Source: Pseudidiomarina andamanensis (GTDB lineage: Bacteria > Pseudomonadota > Gammaproteobacteria > Enterobacterales > Alteromonadaceae). From it: a stretch of 32,000 bases of DNA. The notes under the pieces were generated by a model. That model worked only from the letters and a program-made list of their open reading frames with translations, did no database searches and was not told where the DNA came from. A program made the translations under genes and the position numbers. The stretch spans positions 2,340,001-2,372,000 of the forward strand of contig NZ_CP032551.1 of NCBI RefSeq assembly GCF_009734345.1, given 5' to 3'. This document shows positions 1-8,357 of this stretch, one piece after another. Within the stretch, counting starts at the first letter, position 1. Each line of letters starts with the position of its first letter.

Positions 1-310
1 CGTGCTGCTGTTAAATACGGTGTTGACGGTGGAGCAGGGCAAAGCTCACTCACATGCAAGTTGGGGATGGGAAACTTTCACCGATAAAGTGGTTGAACAA
101 ATTAACCAGCATTGCGAAGGTATCGTGTTCTTGTTGTGGGGTGCGCATGCACAAAAGAAAGGCGCGTTGATTAATCGCAAGCGCCATCATGTTTTAGAGA
201 CGGTGCATCCGTCGCCGTTATCGGCGCATCGCGGCTTTCTCACCGCTGGCCACTTCCGCCAAACCAACCAACTGCTCACGCAGCAAGGCAAAAGCGTTAT
301 TCGTTTTTAG
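1..310 (+). CDS. ung: Uracil-DNA glycosylase, C-terminal part (5' end lies off the window)
   Basis: The ORF 2..310 translation [55 protein letters not shown] is near-colinear with the family-1 UDG C-terminal half, including the HPSPLSA motif. The last five codons and the stop lie inside a heptamer repeat element. Confidence 0.9.
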   Translation, partial: VLLLNTVLTVEQGKAHSHASWGWETFTDKVVEQINQHCEGIVFLLWGAHAQKKGALINRKRHHVLETVHPSPLSAHRGFLTAGHFRQTNQLLTQQGKSVIRF

Positions 311-390
311 TTATTCGTTACTCGTTATTCGAGGGTCTCGATTTTCGCTTTTGGTTTATCGAATAACCAATAACGAGTAACGAACAACGC
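294..390. repeat. Heptamer-array palindromic element, copy A (between convergent ung and the small ORF)
   Basis: The left arm is AAAGCGTTATTCGTTTTTAGTTATTCGTTACTCGTTATTCGA. The right arm is TCGAATAACCAATAACGAGTAACGAACAACGC (359-390). The arms are imperfectly complementary and each is built from tandem 7-mers. Confidence 0.85.
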
Positions 391-392
391 TT

Positions 393-560
393 TTACAGGT
401 CTAATTCGTCGAGTTCGGCATCGAATTCAAAATCGATATCTTGGAGTTCGTCGCGTAACCGATACTTTTCTTTCAGCATCTCAATTTCACGCCACTTACG
501 AGGGGCTGCTTTCTTGCTAGACTTAGATTCAACTTGCTTTAGCTCTTCTGAATGATCCAT
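393..560 (-). CDS. Small (55 aa) acidic/basic hypothetical protein. It resembles the short conserved KWREIE-type proteins (DUF3545-like) seen next to suhB in some gammaproteobacteria.
   Basis: Hand translation of the minus strand gives MDHSEELKQVESKSSKKAAPRKWREIEMLKEKYRLRDELQDIDFEFDAELDELDL*. A GGAGGA SD sits 4 nt upstream of the ATG (plus-strand tcctcc at 565-570). It is missing from the ORF track because it is under 60 aa. The family assignment is from memory only. Confidence 0.5.
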   Translation of the reverse strand: MDHSEELKQVESKSSKKAAPRKWREIEMLKEKYRLRDELQDIDFEFDAELDELDL

Positions 561-660
561 TGGATCCTCCGGCTTTTATTGTGTTGTTGTTCTAATTTTG
601 TGCCTGTTTTTTTGCATAGCGCAACATGGTTATAACACGAGCTGTTTGAAAAGTGAACAC

Positions 661-689
661 TTGCTTAACTGCCTCATTCTACGTATAAT
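661..689 (+). promoter_or_regulatory. Candidate sigma70 promoter of suhB
   Basis: TTGCTT (661-666), a 17-nt spacer, then TATAAT (684-689), followed by the GC-rich discriminator CCGCGCCC. It lies about 40 nt upstream of the suhB ATG. Confidence 0.6.
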
Positions 690-731
690 CCGCGCCCACA
701 AAATTGTTCTTTCACAGCACAGGTAATTGGT

Positions 732-1532
732 ATGCATCCGATGTTAAACATAGCGGTGCGCGCAGCGCGTGCGGCCGGTAAAATTTTAGTCAAAAACTTT
801 GGCGTAGAAGTTGACCTTAACGTTCAAACGAAAAGCCAAAACGATTTCGTCACCGAAATTGATAAATCGGCTGAAAGTGCCATCATTCGCACCATTCAAA
901 AAGCCTACCCAGATCACTCTTTCTTAGCAGAAGAAAGTGGTGAAGTGGTTGGCAAAGACAGCGACCATCAGTGGATTATTGACCCACTTGACGGTACCAC
1001 CAATTACCTGCGCGGTATTCCTCATTTTGCCGTATCTATCGCTTACCTATTTAAAGGTGTTGTGCACGCAGCCGTCGTTTATGATCCGCTGCGCGAAGAA
1101 CTATTTACCGCAACCAAAGGCCAAGGTGCACAGCTAAACGGCAAGCGTTTACGCGTAACCAAACAACGCGACTTGAACGGTGCTTTACTAGCCACCGGTT
1201 TCCCATTCAAACGTAAAGACATGACCAAAGATTATCTCGCGGTGTTTGCAGCGTTATTCGAACACACAGCTGATATGCGTCGTGACGGCTCTGCAGCTCT
1301 AGACCTTGCATATGTTGCTACCGGCCGTATCGATGGTTTCTGGGAATTCAGCCTCAAACCATGGGATATTGCAGGCGGTCAATTAATCGTGCGTGAAGCG
1401 GGCGGTATCGTCACAGATTTCGCTGGCGGTCATGGCTTTATGCGCAACGGTCACGTGGTAGCAGGTAATCCGAAGGTAGTGCAGCATTTGCTAACCAAAG
1501 CGCGCCCGCACTTACCTGAAAGCTTGAAGTAA
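732..1532 (+). CDS. suhB: Inositol-1-monophosphatase / SuhB
   Basis: The N-terminus MHPMLNIAVRAARAAG is almost identical to E. coli SuhB. IMPase motifs are present: EESG, WIIDPLDGTTNY, WDIAAG-like (WDIAGG). Confidence 0.93.
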   Translation: MHPMLNIAVRAARAAGKILVKNFGVEVDLNVQTKSQNDFVTEIDKSAESAIIRTIQKAYPDHSFLAEESGEVVGKDSDHQWIIDPLDGTTNYLRGIPHFAVSIAYLFKGVVHAAVVYDPLREELFTATKGQGAQLNGKRLRVTKQRDLNGALLATGFPFKRKDMTKDYLAVFAALFEHTADMRRDGSAALDLAYVATGRIDGFWEFSLKPWDIAGGQLIVREAGGIVTDFAGGHGFMRNGHVVAGNPKVVQHLLTKARPHLPESLK

Positions 1533-1677
1533 AACGTTACTCGTTATTCGTTATTGGTTATTTGTTGACGGCGGTAGCGAATAGCCAAGAATTCCGCGCA
1601 GCACCGGAGCAAAATTCGGAGCTGCGCGTAACAGCAAAAGAAGCCACGAATAACGAATAACCAATAACGAACAACGC
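1533..1677. repeat. Heptamer-array palindromic element, copy B (suhB-trmJ spacer), long variant with an inner hairpin
   Basis: The left arm is AACGTTACTCGTTATTCGTTATTGGTTATTTGTTGAC (1533-1568). The right arm is CCACGAATAACGAATAACCAATAACGAACAACGC (1644-1677). The centre carries an 8-bp stem, CGCGCAGC (1595-1602) with GCTGCGCG (1621-1628). Confidence 0.85.
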
Positions 1678-1694
1678 AGTTAAAGGTTTAAACC

Positions 1695-2411
1695 ATGCTG
1701 GAAAGAATTCGAATTGTTTTAGTCAACACCAGCCACACCGGCAACATCGGCTCAGTAGCCCGCGCCATGAAAACCATGGGGCTGAGCGAACTGTATCTGG
1801 TTGATCCTGTGCAGGAACCAGACAGTCATGCATCGGCACTCGCAGCCGGTGCTACTGATGTGTTGTACAACGCGAAAATCGTATCCACCTTGAGCGAAGC
1901 CATCGGTGATTGTGGTTTGGTGGTTGGCACCAGTGCCCGCAATCGTACCTTAGACTGGCCGTTGTTAGGCCCGCGCGAAGCGGCAGCGAAAGTCTTGGCA
2001 GAAGCACCGAACTATCCGGTTGCTATGGTGTTTGGCCGTGAGAGTAGTGGCCTGACCAACGAAGAATTGCAGCAATGCACGCATCATGTACATATTCCTT
2101 CGAACCCTGATTACAGCTCGTTAAATTTAGCAATGGCGGTGCAAACACTGGCTTACGAAGTACGTATGCAATTCTTAGAAGCAGACGCTCACCCTGAGCG
2201 CGAGCAAAGTGAGTACCCACTTGCTGAAGATCTCGAGCGTTTCTACGTGCATTTAGAAGAAACCTTGGGCGAAACCGGCTTCATCATCAAAAACCATCCA
2301 GGCCAAGTGATGGCGAAGCTACGCCGTTTGTTTAATCGTGCGCGTCCGGAATCTGCCGAGCTTAATATTCTGCGCGGCATCCTGACCTCAATCGACAAGA
2401 AAATTCGTTAA
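1695..2411 (+). CDS. trmJ: tRNA (cytidine/uridine-2'-O-)-methyltransferase TrmJ (SpoU family)
   Basis: [30 protein letters not shown] closely matches the E. coli TrmJ N-terminus. The suhB-trmJ-iscR synteny supports the call. The stop codon lies within a heptamer repeat. Confidence 0.9.
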   Translation: MLERIRIVLVNTSHTGNIGSVARAMKTMGLSELYLVDPVQEPDSHASALAAGATDVLYNAKIVSTLSEAIGDCGLVVGTSARNRTLDWPLLGPREAAAKVLAEAPNYPVAMVFGRESSGLTNEELQQCTHHVHIPSNPDYSSLNLAMAVQTLAYEVRMQFLEADAHPEREQSEYPLAEDLERFYVHLEETLGETGFIIKNHPGQVMAKLRRLFNRARPESAELNILRGILTSIDKKIR

Positions 2412-2562
2412 TCGTTATTCGTTGCTCGTTATTGGTTATTCGTCATTCGAGGCGCATTTATACGAATGACCAAAATCGCCGCACAGAAAAAAGTGATAGC
2501 TTTCAACTGTATTAACGAGCGAGAGGGACAACGAATAACGAATAACGAGCAACGAATAACGG
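2403..2562. repeat. Heptamer-array palindromic element, copy C (trmJ-iscR spacer), long variant
   Basis: The left arm has seven tandem heptamers: ATTCGTT AATCGTT ATTCGTT GCTCGTT ATTGGTT ATTCGTC ATTCGAG (2403-2451). The right arm is CAACGAATAACGAATAACGAGCAACGAATAACGG (2529-2562). An inner hairpin pairs GTCATTCG (2442-2449) with CGAATGAC (2463-2470). Confidence 0.85.
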
Positions 2563-2571
2563 CTCTTAAGA

Positions 2572-2604
2572 ATACTTGACTAAAATAGTCGGGAATGGCA
2601 AAAT
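2572..2604 (+). promoter_or_regulatory. iscR promoter with an overlapping IscR type-1 operator
   Basis: ATACTTGACTAAAATAGTCGGGAAT (2572-2596) matches 24 of 25 positions of the type-1 IscR consensus as I recall it (ATASYYGACTRWWWYAGTCRRSTAT). The embedded -35 is TTGACT (2576-2581), followed by a 17-nt spacer and CAAAAT (2599-2604). Confidence 0.65.
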
Positions 2605-2635
2605 TGAGGCCTAACTAAATGGAGGCAACACCGCT

Positions 2636-3118
2636 ATGCGTTTAACCTCAAAAGGCCGCTACGCCGTAACCGCAATGATTGACGTTGCATTGCATACAGA
2701 ACAGGGTCCAGTACCACTGGCGGATATTTCCGAACGCCAAGGTATTTCCTTGAGTTATCTTGAACAATTATTTGCGCGTTTGCGTAAACAGGGTCTGGTA
2801 AGCAGTGTGCGCGGACCAGGCGGCGGTTATCGATTAGGCCTAGAAGCCCATCAAATTTCAATTAGTGCTGTCATTCAAGCGGTGGATGAAAGCATTGACG
2901 CCACGCGTTGCCAAGGAAAGGGCGGTTGCCAAGGCGGAAGTCGTTGCCTAACGCACTCGTTATGGACCGACTTAAGCGAACGTATTGAAGATTTTCTGGC
3001 TGGCATCACGTTAGCCGAGCTGGTCAAGCAAGAAGACATTGCACAAGTGGCATTACGCCAAAATAAGATTATTTCCGACCAGAAAAAACGCGAAAACCAA
3101 ATTGCATTGAGCCAGTAA
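2636..3118 (+). CDS. iscR: Fe-S cluster assembly transcriptional regulator IscR (Rrf2 family)
   Basis: [19 protein letters not shown] is an Rrf2 wHTH. Cluster-ligand cysteines are present ([16 protein letters not shown]). It sits directly upstream of iscS. A GGAGG SD is at 2621-2625. Confidence 0.93.
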   Translation: MRLTSKGRYAVTAMIDVALHTEQGPVPLADISERQGISLSYLEQLFARLRKQGLVSSVRGPGGGYRLGLEAHQISISAVIQAVDESIDATRCQGKGGCQGGSRCLTHSLWTDLSERIEDFLAGITLAELVKQEDIAQVALRQNKIISDQKKRENQIALSQ

Positions 3119-3143
3119 GCAGTCTGGCAAGAGGAGTAGCTTG

Positions 3144-4358
3144 ATGAAATTACCGATTTATTTCGATTATGCAGCAACCACCCCAGTTGATCCGCGTGTT
3201 GCTGAAAAAATGATGCAGTTTCTGACCCCAGATGGTCAGTTCGGTAACCCTGCGTCACGCTCGCATCGCTTTGGTTGGCAAGCCGAAGAAGCGGTTGATA
3301 TTGCCCGTAACCAAGTGGCAGAACTCATCAACGCTGACCCGCGCGAAATCGTATTTACCTCGGGCGCAACCGAGTCAGACAACCTGGCTATTAAAGGTGC
3401 AGCTGAGTTTTACAGCAAAAAAGGTAAGCACATCATCACGGTGAAAACAGAGCACAAAGCAGTGCTTGATACTTGCCGTCAAATGGAGCGTGAAGGCTTC
3501 GAAGTAACTTACCTTGACGTGCAAGAAGATGGATTAATCAACATCGACGCATTCAAAGCAGCACTGCGCGAAGACACAGTATTAGTTAGCGTGATGCACG
3601 TGAACAACGAAATTGGTGTGATTCAAGATCTCGAAACTATCGGTAACTTGTGTCGCGCGAACAAAACCATCTTCCACGTAGACGGCGCACAAAGCTGCGG
3701 AAAAATTGATGTGGATATGGAAAAGCTTCCGGTTGATTTGTTTAGCATCTCAGCTCACAAAATGTATGGCCCGAAAGGCGTTGGCGCATTGTATGTTCGC
3801 CGTAAGCCACGGGTACGCTTAAACGCACAAATGCACGGCGGTGGTCATGAGCGTGGTATGCGTTCTGGCACATTGGCAACGCATCAATTAGTAGGCTTCG
3901 GCGAAGCGGCGCGTATTGCGAAAGAAGAAATGGCCGCTGAGCGTGAGCGCTTCAAAATGTTGCACGACCGTTTGTGGAACGGTGTCAAAGATATTGAAGA
4001 AGTATATGTGAACGGTAACCAAGAGCACGCGGTGCCACACATCTTTAACATCAGCTTCAACTTCGTAGAAGGCGAAAGCTTGATTATGGCGTTGAAAGAC
4101 TTAGCGGTATCGTCAGGTTCAGCTTGTACATCTGCAAGCCTTGAACCTTCGTACGTATTACGTGCATTAGGCCGCAACGACGAATTGGCTCATAGCTCAA
4201 TTCGCTTCAGCTTCGGTCGTTTCACCACCGAAGAAGAAGTCGACTACGCCATTAAACAAATTAACAATTCAATTGGTCGTCTACGCGACATGTCACCCCT
4301 TTGGGAAATGTACAAAGACGGCGTCGACCTTACCAAGGTCGAATGGGTGGCACACTAA
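3144..4358 (+). CDS. iscS: Cysteine desulfurase IscS
   Basis: [26 protein letters not shown] matches the IscS N-terminus. The PLP-lysine region [12 protein letters not shown] and active-site loop SSGSACTS are present. I start at ATG 3144 (GAGGAG SD at 3131-3136) rather than the track's TTG 3141. Confidence 0.95.
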   Translation: MKLPIYFDYAATTPVDPRVAEKMMQFLTPDGQFGNPASRSHRFGWQAEEAVDIARNQVAELINADPREIVFTSGATESDNLAIKGAAEFYSKKGKHIITVKTEHKAVLDTCRQMEREGFEVTYLDVQEDGLINIDAFKAALREDTVLVSVMHVNNEIGVIQDLETIGNLCRANKTIFHVDGAQSCGKIDVDMEKLPVDLFSISAHKMYGPKGVGALYVRRKPRVRLNAQMHGGGHERGMRSGTLATHQLVGFGEAARIAKEEMAAERERFKMLHDRLWNGVKDIEEVYVNGNQEHAVPHIFNISFNFVEGESLIMALKDLAVSSGSACTSASLEPSYVLRALGRNDELAHSSIRFSFGRFTTEEEVDYAIKQINNSIGRLRDMSPLWEMYKDGVDLTKVEWVAH

Positions 4359-4373
4359 GAGAGGTAACACGGT

Positions 4374-4757
4374 ATGGCATACAGCGAAAAAGTAATCGAC
4401 CATTATGAAAACCCGCGCAACGTAGGCGCATTCGACAAAAACGATCCGTCTATTGCAACTGGTATGGTCGGCGCACCAGCATGTGGTGACGTGATGAAGT
4501 TACAGTTGAAAATCAACGACGACGGCATCATTGAAGATGCGAAGTTTAAAACCTACGGCTGTGGTTCTGCTATTGCGTCAAGCTCGCTAGTCACCGAATG
4601 GGTGAAAGGCAAATCTATTGCCGAAGCTGAGCAACTGAAAAATACGCAAATTGCTGAAGAATTAGCGTTGCCACCAGTGAAAATTCACTGTTCAATTTTG
4701 GCTGAAGACGCAATTAAAGCAGCAATTGCAGACTACAAAAAGAAACACGCAGGTTAA
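4374..4757 (+). CDS. iscU: Fe-S cluster scaffold IscU
   Basis: MAYSEKVIDHYENPRNVG, GAPACGDVMKL, TYGCGSAIASSS and LPPVKIHCS form the canonical IscU motif set. Confidence 0.95.
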   Translation: MAYSEKVIDHYENPRNVGAFDKNDPSIATGMVGAPACGDVMKLQLKINDDGIIEDAKFKTYGCGSAIASSSLVTEWVKGKSIAEAEQLKNTQIAEELALPPVKIHCSILAEDAIKAAIADYKKKHAG

Positions 4758-4769
4758 TTAGGTTAGCAA

Positions 4770-5093
4770 ATGGCAATTACCATAACTGAAGCAGCGGCGC
4801 AGCGTGCCCGTTCGTTTCTGGAACAACGCGGTAAAGGTGTTGGTATCCGCTTAGGTGTAAAAACCACCGGATGCTCCGGCCTTGCCTACGTGATGGAATT
4901 TGTTGATGAAGTCGACGATACCGACACCATCATTGAAGACAAAGGCGTGAACATTGTCATAGATGGCAAGAGCTTGGTTTATCTCGATGGCACCGAAATC
5001 GACTTCGTCAAAGAAGGCCTAAACGAAGGCTTCGAATTCCGTAATCCGAACGCCAAAGGCGAATGTGGTTGCGGCGAGAGCTTCAACGTTTAA
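4770..5093 (+). CDS. iscA: Fe-S cluster insertion / A-type carrier IscA
   Basis: A 107-aa protein with GCSG and a C-terminal CGCGESF motif. It occupies the position after iscU. Confidence 0.93.
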   Translation: MAITITEAAAQRARSFLEQRGKGVGIRLGVKTTGCSGLAYVMEFVDEVDDTDTIIEDKGVNIVIDGKSLVYLDGTEIDFVKEGLNEGFEFRNPNAKGECGCGESFNV

Positions 5094-5103
5094 CAGGTAA
5101 AAA

Positions 5104-5604
5104 ATGAATCATTTTGAACTGTTTGATATGCCCGCCGCATTCAATTTGGATGCGGCGGAATTACAACAGCGCTACCGAAAACTACAACAAACCATGCATC
5201 CCGATCGTTTTGCCAACGGCAGCGAGCGCGATAAGTTGATGGCGGTACAACGTACTTCCCAACTTAATGATGCGTATCAAACCTTGCGTTCACCGCTGTC
5301 GCGCGCTGAGTATTTACTCGAGCTACGTGGCATTGAACTCGCCCATGAGCAAACCACCTTGCAAGACCCTGAGTTTCTCATGGCGCAAATGGAATGGCGC
5401 GAGCGCATTGAAGAAGTTGATGATTTTGATTCGCTTGACGCGGCCTACAAAGATTTGCAAGAGCAGATGCGTGATTTGCAATCAGAGCTTGAACAGCAGC
5501 TGAATAGTGATGCCAATGATGAGGCAGCAAATACGGTGCGTAAGTTGAAGTTTATGCACAAACTGCATCACGAGCTCGAACAGCTTGAAGACAAACTGAA
5601 TTAA
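5104..5604 (+). CDS. hscB: Co-chaperone HscB (J-domain)
   Basis: MNHFELF...YRKLQQTMHPDRF carries the J-domain HPD motif. It lies between iscA and hscA. Confidence 0.9.
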   Translation: MNHFELFDMPAAFNLDAAELQQRYRKLQQTMHPDRFANGSERDKLMAVQRTSQLNDAYQTLRSPLSRAEYLLELRGIELAHEQTTLQDPEFLMAQMEWRERIEEVDDFDSLDAAYKDLQEQMRDLQSELEQQLNSDANDEAANTVRKLKFMHKLHHELEQLEDKLN

Positions 5605-5688
5605 AAAGCGTTATTCGTTATTGGTTATTGGTTACTCGAAGTTTTGTTTAGGTTTTTCGAATAACGATTAACGAATAACGAACAACGA
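5605..5688. repeat. Heptamer-array palindromic element, copy D (hscB-hscA spacer, inside the isc operon)
   Basis: The left arm is AAAGCGTTATTCGTTATTGGTTATTGGTTACTCGAA (to 5640). A 15-nt T-rich loop follows. The right arm is TTCGAATAACGATTAACGAATAACGAACAACGA (5656-5688). Confidence 0.88.
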
Positions 5689-5702
5689 AATAGAGGTTTT
5701 AA

Positions 5703-7601
5703 ATGGCTTTATTACAAATTGCGGAGCCGGGCCAAAGCACCGCGCCCCACCAACATCGACTCGCTGCCGGCATCGACCTCGGCACCACTAACTCATTGGT
5801 GGCGACCGTGCGTAGCGGTGAAGCGAAGGTGTTGCGTGACGAGCAAGACCGCGCCATTTTGCCATCGGTTGTTTATTACGGCGCTAATGAAGTACTTACC
5901 GGACATGAAGCACTAGCCAAACACGCAGATAAGAATATTGATACCGAGAACACCATTGTTTCGGTGAAGCGTTTTATTGGCCGCACCATTGCCGACGTGC
6001 AGAAAAACTTCTCAAATCTACCGTATCGTATGAGCGAAACCGATAATGGTGTGCCGGTATTCCATACTGCAGCTGGTGAGAAGAATGCTGTGGAAGTATC
6101 AGCTGATATCTTACGTACGTTAGCGGCTCGCGCTGAAGCGTCGTTAGGTGGCGAGTTAACCGGTGTGGTCATTACGGTGCCGGCGTATTTTGATGACGCA
6201 CAGCGCCAAAGTACGAAAGACGCCGCTCAGCTAGCTGGCCTGAAAGTATTACGCTTATTAAATGAACCGACTGCTGCGGCAGTCGCGTACGGTCTTGACT
6301 CTGGCCGCGAAGGCTTGATTGCCGTATACGATTTAGGTGGCGGCACCTTCGATATCTCTATTCTTCGTCTACAGGGTGGTGTGTTTGAAGTTCTGGCAAC
6401 CGGTGGTGATAGTGCCCTCGGCGGTGATGACTTCGACCAACTCATCGTCAACTGGCTCAAGCAAGAATGGCAGTTACCAGACAACGTTGACGCTCGCACC
6501 GAGCGCGACCTCGTCAACGCCGCCAAAGCCGCCAAAGAGCAATTGACGGACGTAGCCCGGCGTTCCACGCCGGGTGGCGAAGCCGTTAATATCGAGCCGG
6601 TCAACGGTATCGAATCGAAAACAGCCGTTGCACTGTCTCTTGCAAAATTTAATGAGCTCATTGAGCCATTAGTACGCCGTACGCTTTCAGCCTGCCGTCG
6701 CGCCCTAAAAGATGCCGACGTCAGCGCCGATGAAATCCTTGATGTCGTCATGGTTGGCGGTTCAACCCGCGTGCCACGCATTCGCGAAGCAGTTGGCGAA
6801 TTTTTCGGTCGCGAGCCATTAACCTCCATCGACCCCGATCAAGTCGTGGCGATTGGTGCCGCAGTACAAGCCGATATCTTAGCCGGCAACAAGCCAGATT
6901 CTGACATGTTGTTACTCGATGTGATTCCATTATCACTAGGCCTTGAAACCATGGGCGGCTTGGTCGAAAAAGTCGTCGCGCGAAATACGACGATTCCGGT
7001 GGCCAAAGCTCAAGAATTTACCACCTTCAAAGATGGCCAAACCGCCATGATGATCCACGTGGTGCAGGGCGAGCGTGAGTTAGTTGATGATTGCCGCAGC
7101 TTGGCGCGTTTCGTATTAACCGACATTCCGCCAATGGCAGCTGGAGCCGCACACATTCGTGTAACATTCCAAGTGGACGCCGACGGTTTGCTCAGTGTCA
7201 CCGCTATGGAAAAATCGAGCGGCGTCACTGCGTCGGTGCAAGTGAAACCATCATACGGCTTAGGCGATGATGACATCACCAAAATGATTCAGTCGTCCAT
7301 GACCAACGCCAAAGAAGACATGGCTGCGCGTATGCTACGTGAACAGCAAGTAGAAGCCGACCGCGTGTTAGAAGCCCTAAGCAGCGCATTAGCGGCTGAC
7401 GGCGCCTTGTTAAATGAACAAGAACGCACAATATTAGATGACGCCATGGACGCCTTGCGCATTGCTCGCAACGGTACCGATACCGACGTCATTGAAAAGG
7501 CCATTGAAGCCGTCGATAAAGCTAGCGATGATTTCGCTGCCCGCCGCATGGACGAGAGCATTCGCAAAGCTCTCTCCGGCAGCAAAGTCGACGAATTGTA
7601 G
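5703..7601 (+). CDS. hscA: Fe-S protein assembly chaperone HscA (Hsp70 family)
   Basis: [26 protein letters not shown] is nearly identical to the E. coli HscA N-terminus. Hsp70 motifs run throughout. Confidence 0.95.
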   Translation: MALLQIAEPGQSTAPHQHRLAAGIDLGTTNSLVATVRSGEAKVLRDEQDRAILPSVVYYGANEVLTGHEALAKHADKNIDTENTIVSVKRFIGRTIADVQKNFSNLPYRMSETDNGVPVFHTAAGEKNAVEVSADILRTLAARAEASLGGELTGVVITVPAYFDDAQRQSTKDAAQLAGLKVLRLLNEPTAAAVAYGLDSGREGLIAVYDLGGGTFDISILRLQGGVFEVLATGGDSALGGDDFDQLIVNWLKQEWQLPDNVDARTERDLVNAAKAAKEQLTDVARRSTPGGEAVNIEPVNGIESKTAVALSLAKFNELIEPLVRRTLSACRRALKDADVSADEILDVVMVGGSTRVPRIREAVGEFFGREPLTSIDPDQVVAIGAAVQADILAGNKPDSDMLLLDVIPLSLGLETMGGLVEKVVARNTTIPVAKAQEFTTFKDGQTAMMIHVVQGERELVDDCRSLARFVLTDIPPMAAGAAHIRVTFQVDADGLLSVTAMEKSSGVTASVQVKPSYGLGDDDITKMIQSSMTNAKEDMAARMLREQQVEADRVLEALSSALAADGALLNEQERTILDDAMDALRIARNGTDTDVIEKAIEAVDKASDDFAARRMDESIRKALSGSKVDEL

Positions 7602-7616
7602 AGTAACGAGGTTTTT

Positions 7617-7955
7617 ATGCCGAAAATTATTTTTTTACCGCACGAAGAATTATGTCCTGAAGGCGCTGCGCTCGACGCCGCTGAAGGTGAAAGCGTACTA
7701 GACGTTGCTTTACGCAACGGCATCGGCATTGAACATGCCTGCGAAAAAGTGTGCGCCTGCACCACTTGCCACGTGTACATCCGCGAAGGCATGGATTCGT
7801 TGAACGAAATTGAAGAAAACGAAGACGATATGCTCGACAAAGCCTGGGGCCTTGACCCTGATTCACGTCTGAGCTGCCAAGCGCGCGTAGATGGCGAAGA
7901 TCTCGTTGTTGAAATACCGAAGTACAGCATTAACCACGCCAAAGAAAACCATTAA
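7617..7955 (+). CDS. fdx: [2Fe-2S] ferredoxin of the ISC system
   Basis: MPKIIFLPHEELCPEG...CEKVCACTTCHV...LSCQ has the adrenodoxin-type Cys pattern. It follows hscA. Confidence 0.93.
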   Translation: MPKIIFLPHEELCPEGAALDAAEGESVLDVALRNGIGIEHACEKVCACTTCHVYIREGMDSLNEIEENEDDMLDKAWGLDPDSRLSCQARVDGEDLVVEIPKYSINHAKENH

Positions 7956-7992
7956 TAAGAGAGGTGCAGTCCAAGGACTGCACCCCACCTCC
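7954..7992. repeat. GC-rich palindromic element, copy P1 (immediately after the fdx stop)
   Basis: The sequence is AATAAGAGAGGTGCAGTCCAAGGACTGCACCCCACCTCC. The core GGTGCAGTCC/GGACTGCACC is a perfect 10-bp inverted repeat around AA. Confidence 0.9.
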
Positions 7993-8002
7993 TGCTCAAA
8001 AC

Positions 8003-8031
8003 TTGCACAAACTCAGTTTATCCACCATAAT
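8003..8031 (+). promoter_or_regulatory. Candidate promoter of the hipBA-like operon
   Basis: TTGCAC (8003-8008), a 17-nt spacer, then CATAAT (8026-8031). Downstream lie short inverted repeats that could be operators: CCACCA (8022-8027) with TGGTGG (8061-8066), and TATC-GAT-GATA (8048-8058). Confidence 0.35.
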
Positions 8032-8069
8032 TCATTTATTAGCTATTTATCGATGATATTTGGTGGTTT

Positions 8070-8357
8070 ATGAATTCCGAGCTATTCCTGCAAGCAGTCG
8101 GCGAACTGATCAAAAAGCACCGCACACAAACCATGGACCAAGAAGAGTTCGCGAAGCGTTTGGGCTGTGGTGTGAATACCGTGTACCGTATGGAAAACGG
8201 GCAGGGCGTGAATGCAATGACTCTTGTTTCGGCTCTTGAACTCCTCGGTTTATTGGGGGAGTTTACAGACGTCGTTGATGAGCAGCTTGCGCGCGTGGCC
8301 GACGCACCAGAGCGCAAGCGCCGTAAACCGGTTGAGGATTTCTCCAATGATTTCTGA
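8070..8357 (+). CDS. XRE-family HTH protein, HipB-like antitoxin
   Basis: A 95-aa protein with an HTH (QEEFAKRLGCGVNTVYRMENGQ). Its 3' end overlaps the hipA-like start by 11 nt (ATG 8347; stop 8355-8357). Confidence 0.75.
   Translation: MNSELFLQAVGELIKKHRTQTMDQEEFAKRLGCGVNTVYRMENGQGVNAMTLVSALELLGLLGEFTDVVDEQLARVADAPERKRRKPVEDFSNDF

Noticed and set aside
7603-7616. GAGTAACGAGGTTTTT upstream of fdx could be an eighth heptamer element.
   Set aside because: Only one or two heptamer-like units are present and there is no partner arm. The string is too short to distinguish from an ordinary SD region, though it may be a remnant.
6227-7942. Long minus-strand ORFs (6227-6829, 200 aa; 7289-7942, 217 aa) run antisense to hscA and fdx.
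   Set aside because: They lie entirely within strongly supported plus-strand genes. Their composition is S/R/A-rich and typical of antisense frames of GC-moderate genes. They show no recognisable motifs.
7891-8073. A 60-aa ORF follows fdx in the slot where iscX lies in E. coli.
   Set aside because: Its translation (…KRGAVQGLHPTSC…) is simply read-through of palindromic copy P1. It overlaps the fdx 3' end, has no IscX similarity and has no SD. iscX appears to be absent from this position.
8224-8346. The track gives an upstream start for the hipA-like ORF at 8224.
   Set aside because: That start would overlap 134 nt of the hipB-like gene in another frame. ATG 8347 gives the typical short antitoxin-stop/toxin-start overlap and a HipA-like N-terminus.
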